A stretch of 64,000 bases of DNA from an uncultured Planctomycetales bacterium. GTDB lineage: Bacteria > Omnitrophota > Gorgyraeia > Zapsychrales > Fredricksoniimonadaceae. The stretch covers positions 8,594 to 72,593 of the forward strand of contig CAZABZ010000001.1 in the NCBI GenBank assembly GCA_964483535.1, written 5' to 3'. The position numbers and the translations under genes were made by a program. The notes under the pieces were generated by a model. The model was not told where the DNA came from and ran no database searches. It saw only the letters and a program-made list of their open reading frames with translations. Positions 1 to 11,500 of this stretch are shown one piece after another; the first letter of the stretch is position 1, and each line of letters opens with the position of its first letter.

Positions 1-1053
1 GTTGAGGAAAAAATCCGGGTAAGGATGATTTTAGGCAATATCAATATCCAGCGTCCCCGCCGGGATTTGCAATTTATTTTCATCAATAATCGCCCGGTTG
101 AAAGCAAAAATTTGAGTTTTAATCTCAATGATGTCTACAAACTCATCCTGCCTCCGGGCGTCTATGGGGCTTTTATCGTCGATATCGCTATGGATCCCGC
201 CAATGTGGATGTCAATATTCATCCCACCAAGCGTGAGGTGCGCATCAAAGATGAAGCCAAGATCATCCATTTATTGCGACACATGACGGAATACCAGCTG
301 ATGCATAAAGGCACTCCCAAGCGTATGTCTTTCGGGAGTGACAATGCTGTCGGGGGGCTGCCCGCCGATCAATTAATTTTTGCCCCAGGGCAATTGCAGG
401 CGAAATTTAATTCAAGTCATCCTGAGCGAATCGAAGGATCTCAGAATGCCCTTCCCCTGGATTTTCAACTTTTCGGCCGGGAGGATACACTGCGTTCTAA
501 ATTTGCCAGAGGAAGGTTTGTGGGATCTTTTCTTCAAAAATTCCTGCTTTTTGAAGCCGATGAATCGCTTTTGATCGTTGACCAGCATGCGGCGCAAGAA
601 CGCATCATGTTCGAAAAATTCAAGGACCAAATTGAAAACGCCAAGGTTGAAAGCCAGCCTTTGCTTAATCCTTTATTACTCAAATTGACCCCTCAGGAAA
701 GAATCGCGTGGGAAGAACTACAGGAAGAACTGACCGCCGCTGGTATTGAAACCACCCAATTTGATGAGGACACGATTGCCGTGCAGACCCAACCGTTGTT
801 ACTTAAAAACATCGAAGCCGTAGTACGAGCCCTGCTGGCTGGCGGGGAAGCTCTGAGAATGGACCATGACGCCTTAGCCCGCCGCGCCTGCAAAGCTTCC
901 ATTGTTGCCGGCGACAAACTCGATGGCTCCCAAGCTGATTACCAACGCAAACAATTACTTGAATGTAAAGATCCCTTCATTTGCCCACATGGCCGCCCAA
1001 CGCTCATTGAAGTCACCCAAGACTTTCTCAACCGCCAATTCCTGAGATCATAA
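1..1053 (+). CDS. mutL: DNA mismatch repair endonuclease MutL, C-terminal part (5' end outside the window)
   Basis: Transducer-domain motifs QFIFINNRPV and VDVNIHPTKREVR; endonuclease motif DQHAAQERIMFE (DQHA-x2-E-x4-E); ACK and CPHGRP motifs. The frame is open from position 1, so ATG 25 is internal. Stop TAA at 1051-1053. Confidence 0.96.
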   Translation, partial: VEEKIRVRMILGNINIQRPRRDLQFIFINNRPVESKNLSFNLNDVYKLILPPGVYGAFIVDIAMDPANVDVNIHPTKREVRIKDEAKIIHLLRHMTEYQLMHKGTPKRMSFGSDNAVGGLPADQLIFAPGQLQAKFNSSHPERIEGSQNALPLDFQLFGREDTLRSKFARGRFVGSFLQKFLLFEADESLLIVDQHAAQERIMFEKFKDQIENAKVESQPLLNPLLLKLTPQERIAWEELQEELTAAGIETTQFDEDTIAVQTQPLLLKNIEAVVRALLAGGEALRMDHDALARRACKASIVAGDKLDGSQADYQRKQLLECKDPFICPHGRPTLIEVTQDFLNRQFLRS

Positions 1054-1067
1054 GAAATTCTTTATGC

Positions 1068-4000
1068 TCAATTCAATCCAAATACTTCGGCCAAATTCTG
1101 CACTGGCGTAATGCTGATGACAACTGGGCTAAGCCCGGGCACGCCCTGACGGCGTATCTGCGCGATGAGAGCAGGATCAACTCTTAAAGACACCCCGCCG
1201 TTTTCCTTGCGTGTCTGCCACACAGCATTGTCCGCGTTAAGATCAATGCCCCCGGGCGTTTCGGTGTCAGCAACACCGCTCAGCTGTTTCTTTTTATTGC
1301 TAAAGAAGGCATCTTTCAATGCCTGATTTGACAGGGTGTCCCAAGAAGAAATTTCCCCCACCATCGCTTTGTCTACCTCCAGTACTGCTGTTACGCCAGC
1401 CTTTGCATTAAAGTCTGTTATTGCTTTAGTGACAACGTTCATATTCTTTTTGAAATCAAACGCATACTTCTGGCTTATATCAAATCCTTCTTTAGGTTTA
1501 ATCTCAAAAAGAATTTTTATCTTATCTTCGGGCTTATCGTTTGAATTGCCAAAAGTATTTATAACAGTAGATTTTACGAGAAAGCTAAATGGCAGCCCCT
1601 CTTGCTTGATTTCTACCTGTAATTCACCATTCGTCTTGGCATCATTCCATTCAGGCCTGGTCATTGTTACACCAACCTGATAATTTGCTCCTATTTCTCT
1701 AGAGATAATGGCTTGCAATTGTGTTGTAACACTCTCGCTTGCTTTTTTCCAATTTTGCAAATATAAATATGAGCCATCAACAGGCAAGACGATTTCATTG
1801 TAGCGGGCCAGGCTCGAGGCAATCTCTTTCTTATTAAAGAGTGTGCGCAGAACTTCTTTCGTTACGGTGGAAAACTTACCTATTGGAAGATATCCATAAA
1901 AAAAGCTTTGAATAGCTTCCCTAGTTTCGGTTGCCGCTACAGGCTCCTCATAACCCTTAATATTAACAGCATCTAATTTCCCTTCTGTAATCAGTCTGTC
2001 AGTTAAAGCGTCCCCAAAGAACCCGGCTTCCCGATAAGTATGGGCAAACTTTATTCGGAGGCTTCTATGCTGTGTATCATTAAAATATGATTGAATAATA
2101 TATAATTTCCCAGGGACATCAAGTTCTGGAAGAATAAGGGGAAAGCCCTGATACTTTCCAAGCCCAATAAGTTTCTTCAATTTGGCTTCCATATCACCAA
2201 ACTTAGCAGCATTACGGATGGTATCTATAACGGCATGCCTATAGTCCATATCCAGCTGTGGGGCTTTTCTCTTTTTCGCTTCTTCGCGCATCTTATCTGC
2301 TTTTAAAGTGTGGTCATTGATGTCAACATAAAACTTTCTAACCCCCTCACCATTATTATGCTCAACTTCATGCTGTTGCATGCCGATCAACTTTTTATAG
2401 ATTTCAAAACTAAGTTCCGGGTAGAATAATAATGTCTTTCTAAGCAGGTTGTGCTTGTCGGCAGGAACGACACAGAAGTTCAATATTTTTATAGAGTCTT
2501 TGTTGGCATCAAAAGGCCTCCAAACATAACGATGATCACTCCCGGCAACATAGACTGCTGATTCCATCTGTGGCAACATGTCAAGAATTGTGGCGAGATT
2601 TTCCTCTCCGCCGCCGTCATTAAGTGAAAGCTTGTTTGTTATCCCTATAAGCCCCTTATTAAAATCAAAATCAATGGGCAATAAAGATACTAGATCCCCA
2701 AAAAGTTTTTTCAGTTCTGCCTCGCAGATGTTCCAACGCGCCTTGAATGTCTTCTGAACAAAGGGTTTTCTCGTGGGATCATTCTTGCTGACATTGACAA
2801 TAGCAACAGGCACCCCCATTAGAACAGAAGGCAACAGCATCATAACAAGATCGTGCGCGACCGTTGGCGGGCCAAATTTAGATGGAGCAAACTCAAAGGT
2901 GGTAACGCCGGAAGGGACAGTGATACTGCCTCTCTTACTATCAAAAGTTACTTGAGTTTTATAATTGACAATACCGCTCATTGCGTTACGCGCCATTAGA
3001 TATGCCGCAGACCGGATTATCTTTAGCGTTTCTTTAACAACTTTTATATGATTGCCATCTGGTGCTGGAATTTTAAGGTCTAAGCTCCGTATCTCGTTGT
3101 TTCGATTGGCAAGAAGAAACACTTCCTGTTGATATTGTTCCTCTCGTTCCTTCGGAGTAGTCGGCTTCTCATTTAAGAGAAGATTAGCAGAAAACTCGTT
3201 TATTAAAGTTTCTGGGTCAGCATCAGATGCGAATAATTCCTTTATTTTCCCTCGACTTTTAGATAAAGCATACTTGTACCAAAGTTCATTAGCCCTGTCT
3301 TGGGGCAAGAAGTCATCCTTCCCGTCTGCTATTAAAGCTAAAAACATACCGGCAAAAAAATAATTCAACCCATCATTGCTGTTTTGAATCTTCTTCAAAT
3401 ATTCTTTTGTGATATAAACCGTAGAAGTCGTTTTGCTAATAGCGAATCCTTTACTAAGTTTTTTGGCATGTTTTTTATCATTCACTACTTTAAAATGATT
3501 TGAATATGTTTCTTCCAAATTCCCAATCTTTAACATTTCGCTTTCTGACAGTTTTAAATTTCCCCCCGCGTTAGTCGGAAATAACAAAACGTCAGCATCC
3601 TTATCAACAATCTGCAATAAGGAATGAATTTGCCGATAAGGCGAATAGCCAAGGGTATCATCTATATTCTCAATATCAGTAGGATAATCCCCTCCAAATA
3701 CAATATCTGCATTCGTCTCTTCAAGCACATTGCGAATATTGGAAGGGACCTTGTCTTGTAGCAGCAACATAGCCTTATCAGACTGCATGGCCTTGTCGAA
3801 CCTATCAAGGTTCACCAGCACATCAAAGTCGTTCTTCCCTGCCATGGCCTGACGCGCCTGCAACTCTCCGACTTCGTCCATTTTCTGTGGAACCGGCTGC
3901 ATTCCTCCGGAGAAATACTTTCTGGGAAGAGGCTCATTGGTCAGGGCGTTAATTTCTTCCTTGACATAATTAAACGCTCCCTTCCTGTAAGCCCGCAAAT

Positions 4001-4955
4001 AGCGCTGATAAATTTCCTCCTTTGCCTTAGGCGAAGCCAAGTCGATGCCTGCTACCTTGTTCTTGTCGGCATACACCTCATTAAGAACGGCATCCTTCAA
4101 GGCTCGCTTGAACCACGTAGCCAAAATAACCGAGTTGTATGCCTGTCGCAAAAGAGCGAAATTCTTGCCTGTATTGACTTCTTTTTCAATCTCAGGAAGG
4201 ACTAGTTCCCGCAAAATTTGGTTAGTGATTTCAGAGGACGCCGGTTCCTGCTTGCCGGATAATTGTACTGAGCTTCTCAGTCCCGCAATTTCCGACTTCT
4301 GCTTTGCCAGATAATCCTCTTCCAGCATGACCTTCAAACGGCTATCTACAATATAAACGGACTGATTCTTCTCATAAATGGACACTTTATCTGCCACAAT
4401 CCACACTTTATTAAGAGTAGTGATTGGAATATCGGTTGTGCCGTACTTCTGTTGGGCCAACTTGTACACGCGGCTCCAGAAGTCCCTGCCCAGTTCCTTT
4501 TCAGGATAAAGGGCCGAAGCCGCGGTCTGCTTAAGGATATAATCTTCTCCCAAAAGATCCCGACCAAGCTCGGTAAGACTGAAACTATCCGGTAAAATCT
4601 TGTCCTTCTCATAAGGAGAAAGGTTGACCCACATATCTTTCTCAGGGACTGTCAGCGCGGCGAGGAAATACTTCACCATTTTCTCGCTCTCGGACTTTAA
4701 TTCCTGGCTGGAAAGATTGTTCTTGCCGGCATCCATAATGAAATCCAAAAGAAATGGATTTTCGGGATGAATTTTCAGTCCCTTCATCAACGAAGGCGTG
4801 AAAGGCTCACTTAAACCTACAATAGTCCCAGGAGCAGGAAGCTGATTGATGCTAAAAGCCCCACCTCCCGAAGAAACAGGCTGGGCATGGACATATTGGA
4901 GATTGCTGAAAATAAAGGTAAAGCAGACTAGTGAAGCAATTAAGCGTTTAAACAC
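1068..4955 (-). CDS. 1,295-aa secreted protein with conserved-type N-terminal block, variable middle and C-terminal GGIDLN block (Omnitrophota-type family by recall)
   Basis: GTG start preceded by AAAAAGGGGG; signal peptide MFKRLIASLVCFTFIFSNLQYVHA|Q; N-block motifs LKIHPENPFLLDFIMD, WVNLSPYEKDKILP, GRDLLGEDYILKQ, RKYFSGG; DKAM motifs; C-terminal PGGIDLN...GLSPVVISITPV. Confidence 0.9.
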   Translation of the reverse strand: MFKRLIASLVCFTFIFSNLQYVHAQPVSSGGGAFSINQLPAPGTIVGLSEPFTPSLMKGLKIHPENPFLLDFIMDAGKNNLSSQELKSESEKMVKYFLAALTVPEKDMWVNLSPYEKDKILPDSFSLTELGRDLLGEDYILKQTAASALYPEKELGRDFWSRVYKLAQQKYGTTDIPITTLNKVWIVADKVSIYEKNQSVYIVDSRLKVMLEEDYLAKQKSEIAGLRSSVQLSGKQEPASSEITNQILRELVLPEIEKEVNTGKNFALLRQAYNSVILATWFKRALKDAVLNEVYADKNKVAGIDLASPKAKEEIYQRYLRAYRKGAFNYVKEEINALTNEPLPRKYFSGGMQPVPQKMDEVGELQARQAMAGKNDFDVLVNLDRFDKAMQSDKAMLLLQDKVPSNIRNVLEETNADIVFGGDYPTDIENIDDTLGYSPYRQIHSLLQIVDKDADVLLFPTNAGGNLKLSESEMLKIGNLEETYSNHFKVVNDKKHAKKLSKGFAISKTTSTVYITKEYLKKIQNSNDGLNYFFAGMFLALIADGKDDFLPQDRANELWYKYALSKSRGKIKELFASDADPETLINEFSANLLLNEKPTTPKEREEQYQQEVFLLANRNNEIRSLDLKIPAPDGNHIKVVKETLKIIRSAAYLMARNAMSGIVNYKTQVTFDSKRGSITVPSGVTTFEFAPSKFGPPTVAHDLVMMLLPSVLMGVPVAIVNVSKNDPTRKPFVQKTFKARWNICEAELKKLFGDLVSLLPIDFDFNKGLIGITNKLSLNDGGGEENLATILDMLPQMESAVYVAGSDHRYVWRPFDANKDSIKILNFCVVPADKHNLLRKTLLFYPELSFEIYKKLIGMQQHEVEHNNGEGVRKFYVDINDHTLKADKMREEAKKRKAPQLDMDYRHAVIDTIRNAAKFGDMEAKLKKLIGLGKYQGFPLILPELDVPGKLYIIQSYFNDTQHRSLRIKFAHTYREAGFFGDALTDRLITEGKLDAVNIKGYEEPVAATETREAIQSFFYGYLPIGKFSTVTKEVLRTLFNKKEIASSLARYNEIVLPVDGSYLYLQNWKKASESVTTQLQAIISREIGANYQVGVTMTRPEWNDAKTNGELQVEIKQEGLPFSFLVKSTVINTFGNSNDKPEDKIKILFEIKPKEGFDISQKYAFDFKKNMNVVTKAITDFNAKAGVTAVLEVDKAMVGEISSWDTLSNQALKDAFFSNKKKQLSGVADTETPGGIDLNADNAVWQTRKENGGVSLRVDPALIAQIRRQGVPGLSPVVISITPVQNLAEVFGLN
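1910..2900 (-). other. Degenerate NadD/cytidylyltransferase-like (HIGH) domain within the 1,295-aa protein
   Basis: FAPSKFGPPTVAH resembles GtFdPpHxGH; YVAGSDH resembles fiiGaD; VAATETRE resembles iSSTxIR. Order is right but the spacing is long, implying insertions. Confidence 0.45.
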
Positions 4956-5070
4956 TGTTTCCCCCTTTTTGGGTTGAAAATCTAAAAAAAATATAAAATA
5001 ACGAGTTTGAAAAATGCTTTCATTATAAGCATCTACTTAAAATATAACACATTTTTAATAAAAAGCAAGC
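4956..5070 (-). promoter_or_regulatory. Candidate sigma70-type promoter(s) and RBS for the 1,295-aa gene
   Basis: Very AT-rich gap. Minus strand has TTGCTT (5068-5063), 16 nt, then TATATT (5046-5041) preceded by TGn; also a perfect TATAAT (5027-5022). RBS AGGGGG at ~4961-4966. Confidence 0.4.
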
Positions 5071-5162
5071 TTAAAACTTGATAAATAAGCAATATTTATA
5101 TAATTAAAGAACAATTACCCTGAGAAATAAAATCCCCTATTTTTGCTACTATTTCTTACAAA

Positions 5163-5519
5163 TTAACCGCCCCACCATTTATCCTTAAATTGCTCGGAAC
5201 AATGATCGGTGATGTATTGATAAATCTTGTCCTTGTCCGGGTCCAAAATTTTGTCAAAAGACATCCCATAAACATACCTCCCTTGGTCTTCCTCAACCCA
5301 GGGCAAGCTGACCTCAAGTTTAATGGGATCGAATTTGTCCTCAAGGGCCAACGACATATCCACGGACCGCTCTCGAGGTAACCGTTTGTCAAAAGACGCG
5401 CGCATCCCTTTTAAGTTCAGGTCCTCGATGATACACTGGCTGGATTCCTGCGTTCCGGGCAGCCAGACCTTTGCTTCCCTTTTGACCTGCCAGCGAGGCA
5501 GTTGTCTGCGTTCATCCAT
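5163..5519 (-). CDS. Stand-alone PilZ-domain protein (c-di-GMP receptor)
   Basis: ERRQLPR gives the RxxxR motif; DLNLKG resembles D/NxSxxG; ends in W...YGMSF. 118 aa; strong RBS AAAGGAG just upstream. Confidence 0.88.
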   Translation of the reverse strand: MDERRQLPRWQVKREAKVWLPGTQESSQCIIEDLNLKGMRASFDKRLPRERSVDMSLALEDKFDPIKLEVSLPWVEEDQGRYVYGMSFDKILDPDKDKIYQYITDHCSEQFKDKWWGG

Positions 5520-5548
5520 GTTTTCTCTCCTTTCTAACGGGGTTGTTT

Positions 5549-8500
5549 TTAGACCTCTATTGTGTACGCATACGTTGTTGATGTATAACTAATATCATAT
5601 GTAAATACAGCCATCAGCGGCGGTATTAAATTGTCAAATCCTGACCAGAAACCGCGGCTGTTGTGGTCCATGCCCATTGAACTTTCCGCCCACAGCATAA
5701 ATTGCCTCTCCCTGACTGTTATGACAATTTTAATAACGGTAATATAAATGATACGTACGGCATGGAAGAACCATTTTACAAATATCCATTCAAAAAATAA
5801 CGGGAAGCCCCAGATCCCATATAAAAAGAGAAACGCGGGGCCCTCGTTAAAAATTGTGCCATTGCGAGGAGCATTTTCCAACGACGAAGCTCCGCTTCTT
5901 GCTTCCGCAAGAAAACAACGGGACCACGCCCCAAAAAACAGGGCTCCCAAAGACGCTGGTCGAAACGCTTCCAAGGGCCGGACTACTCCAATGATTTTTA
6001 GCCGATGCCGAATAGTTCTGGGCGTATTCATTGATGCTGGCGCCGGCAAAATATTCATCCTGCCGGTTACCGGCGCTGACGCCCCACTTGGATTAATAGG
6101 CCGCGTTAATATAAAGCAAAGGTCGGACAACATCAGCGGGAAGAACACGATTGCAATTATGATCAAGGCCATCATTATTCTTTTTCGTATTCTTTCCCAT
6201 TTCTTACTGGAATCTTTGGCAACAGTCGTGTCCGGTTTGAATGTCAGCACAGCCCCGGGGTGTTCCAAATTATATTGACGATGCAAGGCGATGTTCTCGC
6301 GAAGAGAGCGTGCCGATTTAATCGCACGAATTCCTGCCCGACGAGTCAGGGAGGCGGGCGAATCATCCCCTGGTAAATGCCCATGCCAGCGCATAAGCAC
6401 CCCTACAGGAAGTATGTAAAAGAATGGGGCCTCAAACCGCGGCGCTACTTCCAGTTCAATCCATCGGTGAATACTTTCATGGTCTGGTTCCCATTTAAAG
6501 AAACTCACTATTCTCCTCAGCCAGTACAAGAAATAGCCAATACGATAGGTGATCCCCAGAGTCAACGGCATTTTTGTAGGGACGGGGGATAGAACCACCG
6601 CCGCCATCATGGCCTTCTTCACAGCTTTGGCAGCCTCCGGCCAAATAATCTGCACGGAAAAGACCCCTTCGATCCCCTGTAAAGGCCTGGCAATATCCTC
6701 TTTGGTCAATAACTTCATACTCCTGGCCGTAAAATGAAGCTCCCCTTGCTCCGGGTTACTTTTCATTTCTATGCCTTCAAGCAGATTGGCTTCCTCTAAT
6801 TTATCCTGTACTTTTTGGGCAATGTCTATCATATTCGCGCCTTGCACGATAATCGAAATTTCCGCCTGCGACTGCATAAAGTTACGCAATTGATCCGGTT
6901 TAATCAAATCCATGGCCAAAGCCGCGCACAATTCATTAAAACGGAAATTGCCTTCATTTTGAGCCAACCGGCGTTCTTCATTAAATCTGGCTATAAAAAT
7001 AAACGTCTCCTCAGAGAATGGCCCCCATCCCAATTCTTTGATGATCCCCATCAGTAAATCTTTGCCTCGTTCGACCGCGGCGTTATATTCATTGCGATTT
7101 TGCAGATATGCCAGCATCAGACGCGCCCGCAATGACTGTATTTTATCCCGCAAATTCTGCCGAACATTAATATCTCCCCTCACATCAATCGATAGGCCTT
7201 GTGTGACTTGCTCCAAAACCATACCAGCCCGTAAAGGGGCATAGGGGAGTAATCTCCCCTTACGGCCGCGCTTAAATTGTTCCAACTGCCCCAACACATA
7301 CGGATGATTACCCTCCCCTAAAACAAAACCCCGGTATTGGTCATCAAGCTGGATTTTACGATGCATGGCCGCGTCAAAGGGAATGGCCTTATCCGGCAAG
7401 GTGATAACAGCAAGCGACTTCCCACCTTTGGGGCCCGTAAGTAATAAGAAAATATACATGCGTTCATTGGCCCGTTCAAAAAGAAGGCGCAAATTCGTGT
7501 CAATGTCCACCCCCAGTTGCAATTCATCCCCGGGAAGCGCTTGTCCCTTTATGCCATCATTTTTCAATACATCATTTGCCTTAAAAGCCCAATGCGCGCC
7601 GGAAATAACTGGCGCCACTAAAATATGATCGGGTTGAAAACCAAAACGGTATTTCAAATAATCGGCCTTAGCCATGACTTGTATTTCCCATTTGCGACCG
7701 TCATCAATTAAATTAATATGGGAAGCGCTATAGCCATGTCTTGTATCATTTTTAAACTTTGTTTCTTTAACTCGATCACCCCATGCATTACGGACACCTA
7801 CTTCCGCGAACAGAGCATCCTCTTTATTTTGGGTAATAACCATAACTCTAAGCACATCCCCCAATTGATCAAATTTTTCATATTTGTTAGTTTTAGATTT
7901 TATTTTATCGTATATCGAAGCCAGACCTTTAAGATCCACATGAATTTGAATACCTGGGATCCCTTGTAAGATGCTCTTCATTTTTTTACGCATCTCTTTA
8001 GCAATATCTATAAACCGCTCTTCCACTATGCCTACGGCATACTCAATGTCCTTGTGCTCTGCGATGGCTTGATTAACATTCTTTGCAATGTCAAGTATTT
8101 CGGCTATTTTTCTGCCAATATCCTTAAATTCCTCCGGATGTTCCACCCTAAAAATACCGTCGCGCAAATCTTCCACCATCCGGGCGGAATTTAACCTCCC
8201 TGCCAAAGCCATGTATAAATGCCTGACCTTCCTTATAGAAAATTTCTGTTGTTGAGGGTCTCCATAACGGGTCTGCCATAATGTCAAAGCAAAAAGGACA
8301 TACAACACCCTGGCATCGCCACCAGTCATTTGAATGATAGCATTCATGTAATTAAGAAATGTTGAATCCGTCCTAAGTCTTTTGAATGTCTCATTCCAAT
8401 ACGGCCAGGCCATGATGGTTGCGGCGCGGTCTATCACCGACCCCACATTAGGCCCTAAATTAAGACTTTGCCTAATGTCCGCCTGCTTGCTTTTGGGGGA

Positions 8501-11500
8501 CGTCATGATCCTCAACTGGGCCAATGCCGCCTCTACTGTAACCGTATCATTCGTCCACTGGGAAATCTGACGACGGACAAAGGACTGTCCCTTTTCCCGT
8601 TTCTCACTGAAATCCTTGGTTCCTGTCGTAGAGGATTTGAATGTCAGCACAGCCCCGGGGGTTTCTAAATTATACTGACGATGCAAGGCAATGTTCTCGC
8701 GAAGAGAACGCGCCGATTTAATCATGCGAATTCCTGCCCGACGAGTCAGGGCGATGAGTGAATAATCCCCCGGTAGATGCCTATGCCAGCGCATAATCCG
8801 CTCCAAAGGAAGCATATAAAATAACGGCGCCTCGAGCCGCGGCGCTACTTCCACTTCAATCCAACGGTGAATACTTTCATAACCTGGTTCCCATTTAAAG
8901 AAACTCCTTATTCTCCCAACCCAATACAACAAATAGCCAATAAAATAGGTGATCCCAAAAGTCAATGGCATTTTGGGAGAGACGAGCAGTAGTGGGGCCA
9001 CCACCGCCTGTTGGAGGCCAAGCAATCCCACCTTGCTGCGGCCAGGATCTTTACTCTCCAGAGGCTCAGAGAGAAGACAGTCTTTAAAGAGCTTCTTTTG
9101 TTCGTCGGTAAATTTAAAATCTCCGGCAATCGCATCCATAAGCCCGGATAGGTCTCCTCGGACAAGATGAGTACGCTCGGGGAAGGTAGCTTGAACCCAG
9201 CCCAGAAAAGCCTTAGTCCCGGCTTTCGTTTTCATCAACTTCCAGCCCATGAGGTCTTTCAGGGTGTATTTCTCTAAAATATCCTGATAAAATGTCGCGG
9301 CTTTAAAAACGGGATTAGGAATACGTTCACCCGGATGTGTACCATTAATCTTAAGTGGAATAAATACTGTCTGGTAAAGATGTGCCCAGAAGATGTATCG
9401 CTCTTTGTTATCAGACAAACTTCTCGAAAGGAAGATTCTCTTTAACACAGCGACACGATCAACTGCAACAGGTGCGTTAAGTTCGGCATAAATTAGGACC
9501 TTAACATAATCTTTCCATACCCTAAAAAGAAAGAAGGAATCATCAATGATATTTTTGGCCTGATTGAGAAAGGAGCCAGCTCCTTTCCCTGCTTCAAGGG
9601 ACTCGCGGGCTTGCGACAAAATACCAAAAAACGATTTTAAGTCAGGCTCGCCTTTGATATCCTCCATCTTGCGTATGCCAAATATACATCCGAGCGCACT
9701 ATCAACATGCCTGCCTCCCAAGCAAAGTTCAGTATCATTAAGAAGCCCCGCTAACTTGATATTTCTCCTTTTAATCTCTCCCCAAAGTTGTGTCAGTTTC
9801 TTATCTACAAGCTTGCCGGCAATAACAGCTGCGTTTCGACTACGCATGTCGGTGTACCATGCGGCCGTCCGCAATAGTCGACTGGCAGTAAACCAACCCT
9901 GTTTACCGCTCTGAATCGCCTCTGAGGCCTCATTTATAAGTCTCCAGGCAATACGTTTCTCTTTAACCTTTAGTAACTTTGGATCCCCCAGATAATCAAG
10001 AAGTTCCTCCAGAGATGCCTTCAATCCGGATGTATTTTCACCGTTTTGCTCTGAAAGTATCTTCTTAAGCTCTGAACTTACTTCCATGACCTTGCGGCGG
10101 TCCTTAAGCTCACTTTCGATGGCATCGCAAATACTACGAAAACGTTCCCACTTAACTCGATTAGCAAGGCGTCTGTTCCTTATGGTAATCTTGAGAGCGC
10201 TTTGTGGAAATTTCTCAGCAGTCTTTTTAATGGCTTGCGTGTGGGCTTGGGCCCTCGTCAATGGATTCTGGCGGTCCAGAAACAGACGGTTTTCGATAAG
10301 TCCGTGATAAGCATCTTCGCGGACCAAATTTTTACTGAGTTTATAAACAAGTTCGGAGGAATAATAAATTTCCAGCGTGGAATTTTTACCGCGGGTAAGC
10401 TTGTCCCAAATAAATCCTCTTGGCGGAGCGCGCGAAATCTGCTGGTTCAAAATGAACAGCCTCACCGGAACATCGACAATCTCTTCAAATATCTTCTGGT
10501 CAACATTAACTTCGTCAAACGCCTTCTGAATGATAAGTTTCTTGATGTCCTTCACGTTTTGCGTCGAAACATTCCCTGAACATCCCGGCCCGCCCTTTAA
10601 AGTATCCCTTGTATTGATTTTCGACCCAATCCTGATATCCACGAATAACTCATTGGAATCCTCTGAGGCCAGAATAGTGGCCGCTTGAACTAAATATGAG
10701 ATAAGGTCCTTCTCCAATGCCAAAACCGGGACCGCAGCCGGAACCAGATGGAGAAGTTGCCGGTTGAGGTGAAGAATATAATCCCTGGTTATTTCGTCAC
10801 GGCGTACAATAAGCCAGGATTCAAGCATCTCATCATAAGATGGCGGCACGCGGATTTCCATGGAGGCCATTGTGTCAAGAATTTTACTTATATGCTCATC
10901 CAACCCATACGATGCTTTTGCTTTTTTAAACGCTTTTAATATATATTGTTTTTCTTTTTGCGTCACAGGCTTATTGACTTCCGTCCAGGTCATGGTCTGT
11001 TTTTGCCTCAACTTTTCTTCCTGCGCCGGATGGGACGACTTGTCGGATACGGCCCTCGCCTTTGCCGGTTTAAAAATTATGGACCTTTGATATACTTCCT
11101 GAAGTCCAACAACGATTTGCATAAAACCAATCAGCTCCAAAATATACTTAAAGACTGCATGAGAAGCGGGAATATAAAACAGCGTGGAGAACAAAAACAC
11201 TGTCCCAACAAAAAAGCCCAATAACCCGTTATAGAAAAGTGTTATCGCGTTTACGCCATCCATGAGACCCGAATAAAGAATGTCCTTCAATGAAGCATGA
11301 GCTTTACGTCCCTGAAGCTTTGCCAACAAGAACATCATGGCCATATTAAACGCTGTGATCCCGGATATAGATAAAATAATCCGGACGACTTTATTTATCC
11401 GCACGTATTTCGGCAGGCCGGCCTGCGCCGCTGAAAAATGCATCGTCAATCCATAACGCGGAAAGACTTCCAAAATCTTCGACAACGCCGGGTGTTGCTC

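Noticed and set aside
25-27. ATG 25 as the mutL start
   Set aside because: The N-terminal GHKL ATPase domain is missing and the frame is open from base 1.
1054-1067. Terminator between convergent mutL and the 1,295-aa gene
   Set aside because: Only 14 bp with no GC-rich hairpin.
6193-8974. Direct repeats as IS ends, a composite transposon or a CRISPR array
   Set aside because: No transposase, terminal inverted repeats or spacer periodicity; the repeats are protein-coding and in frame.
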